DNA of 64,000 nt from Mustelus asterias (lineage: Eukaryota). The position numbers were made by a program, and so were the translations under genes. Below, one piece after another: positions 62,406 through 64,000 of this stretch (position 1 is its first letter; the number at the start of each line of letters is the position of its first letter). Under the pieces are notes generated by a model. It saw nothing but the letters and a program-made list of their open reading frames with translations. It did no database searches and had not been told where the DNA came from. The stretch is taken from the NCBI RefSeq assembly GCF_964213995.1, contig NW_027590141.1, positions 1,178,001 through 1,242,000 on the forward strand, given 5' to 3'.

Positions 62406-63158
62406 TCTGTATCATCTGCATCCTGCAACAATGGAGCTGTTGGCCAATGTTGGCAATGAATCTGTGTCATGAGGTCTGTAACAAAGTAACAGCGTTGTCG
62501 TGCAATGCATTGCATTTTAATTGTAATTAGCAGACTGTTTTTACCACCATGAGTTTGCATTCTGGACTATAATATTTTTATTCTTCTGTGTTAATCTTAT
62601 CCAGATGGGCTGGTGTACAAGATAGAGTCGCTGTGAATGTGACAATGGAACATTTTTCTTTCAAAATTCAATGGCACCTCGTCACTTACCCAATGAGTGA
62701 GTGTGTGAAAATGTAACTCAAATACTCACAATTCCTTCAGGTGATTCTCTGGCTACAATTTGATAGACAAGAAGGGAAATCAGAAATCTGCAGCCCCATC
62801 AGCTTACCAACAGTGGTGAGACATTGAAGGAGGATGGTTTGGTCAATGGTGTCAAAGATTTGAGACTGGGTGGGAAGGGCAATGAAGGGAAGTTTACCAT
62901 TGTCACATTCGCAGAGGATGTAATTTATGAGTTTGATAAGAGCTATTCTGATATTGTGCAGGAACAGAAATGTTATTGGAGTTCATAAGTTCATAAAATA
63001 TAGGAGCAGAATTGGGCCATTTGGCCCATCGAGTCTGCTCCACCATTCGATCATGCCTGATATGTTCCTCATCCCAATTTTCCTGCCTTCTCCCCATAAC
63101 CCTTCAACCCATTACAATTAAAAATCTGTCTAACTCCTCCATGAATTTACTACCTGGT

Positions 63159-63500
63159 GCACCAGCAAATTCACTCTGGGGAGAGACCATTCATCTGTAC
63201 CCAATGTGGGAAGGGATTCATTCCGTCATCTCACCTGCAGACACACCAATGAGTTCACATTGATGGGAGACCTTTTAAATGTCCGGATTGTGGACAATGT
63301 TATAAAAGCTCCGGGGAACTGATGTAGCATCAACTTGTTCACTCTGATCAGAAACCGTTCAGGTGCTCTCACTGTGGGACTGGGTTCAGGCAATCATCTG
63401 TCCTCCTTGTACAGCAGTGAATTCACACTAGGGAGAGGCCGTTCACCTGTTCTGACTGTGGGAAGGGATTCGCTCAGTCATCTGACCTGCTAACACACGA
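63159..63500 (+). pseudogene. ZNF-J: C2H2 pseudogene fragment of C/E type (about 4 fingers)
   Basis: [40 protein letters not shown]; in-frame stops at 63250, 63325 and 63418. Confidence 0.85.
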
Positions 63501-63869
63501 ACAGTAAATGGTGCTGGTGCAACAGTAAATTTCCCAGCATCCACCACATTTTGGGGGGATTCAAATATGGAGTTCCAGAAAAGATGGACATGGATTTAAG
63601 AGGTGACAGGGACTTTGCAGAAGAAGGGGTGATGAGAGATGGGGTACAAATTTCCAAGGAGATTGGAGTTCAGAGTTGATTTTATTGGGGAGGGGGTAAT
63701 GAAGGCAGATTTGAAAGAGAGAAGGACAATATGTATATATAGAGAGAGAGACTGTTAACAGTATCAGTAAACATGATGAGATTGAGCGATCAGTAGCTCA
63801 GTGGGAATAGGGTGCATGAAGCAGAATGAGAGTCTCATGAGTGAAATGAGCCTGAGAGGGCATGAAGGA

Positions 63870-64000
63870 ATATTAACTATAACTGGGCTGGAGTTCATTA
63901 ACATCAGCAAAAACAGACCCCAGTTCAGTCCTGGATGTGATTAACAGCAAACTCCAATCACGGTAGTTAGTTGAGAACTCACTGGTGACTCAGGACATGG
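63870..64000 (-). pseudogene. ZNF-K: 3' end of a further C-type gene running off the window
   Basis: Minus strand LSHQ*VLN* (ZNF-C has LRHQRVHN*); ttaacatcagcaaaaacagaccc matches 18318-18340. Confidence 0.6.

Overview
Vertebrate genomic DNA, most likely a shark. This is inferred from HE1-like tRNA/V-domain SINEs whose tails match the abundant CR1 (HER1-like) LINEs. The window is a cluster of about 11 tandem C2H2 zinc-finger genes and pseudogenes, which I label A-K. Each has 6-17 fingers in one coding exon and no recognisable KRAB, SCAN or BTB domain. The genes are copies of one cassette: a GC-rich YY1/NRF1/CCAAT/GC-box promoter, usually between head-to-head genes; a conserved splice acceptor; a leader made of dead zinc fingers; the finger ORF; and a conserved 3' UTR. 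Between the genes are deeply nested retroelements (CR1, Rex1/Babar-like, L2, SINEs, Gypsy/ERV/Copia remnants, a solo LTR) and Penelope-like element (PLE) ends that carry minimal hammerhead ribozymes. The main unexplained pattern is that all four promoters of one type have an apparently independent, same-orientation PLE insertion 50-400 bp to the same side, one of them truncated at the predicted ribozyme cleavage site. TE family names come from motif recognition, not database searches, and TE boundaries are approximate.
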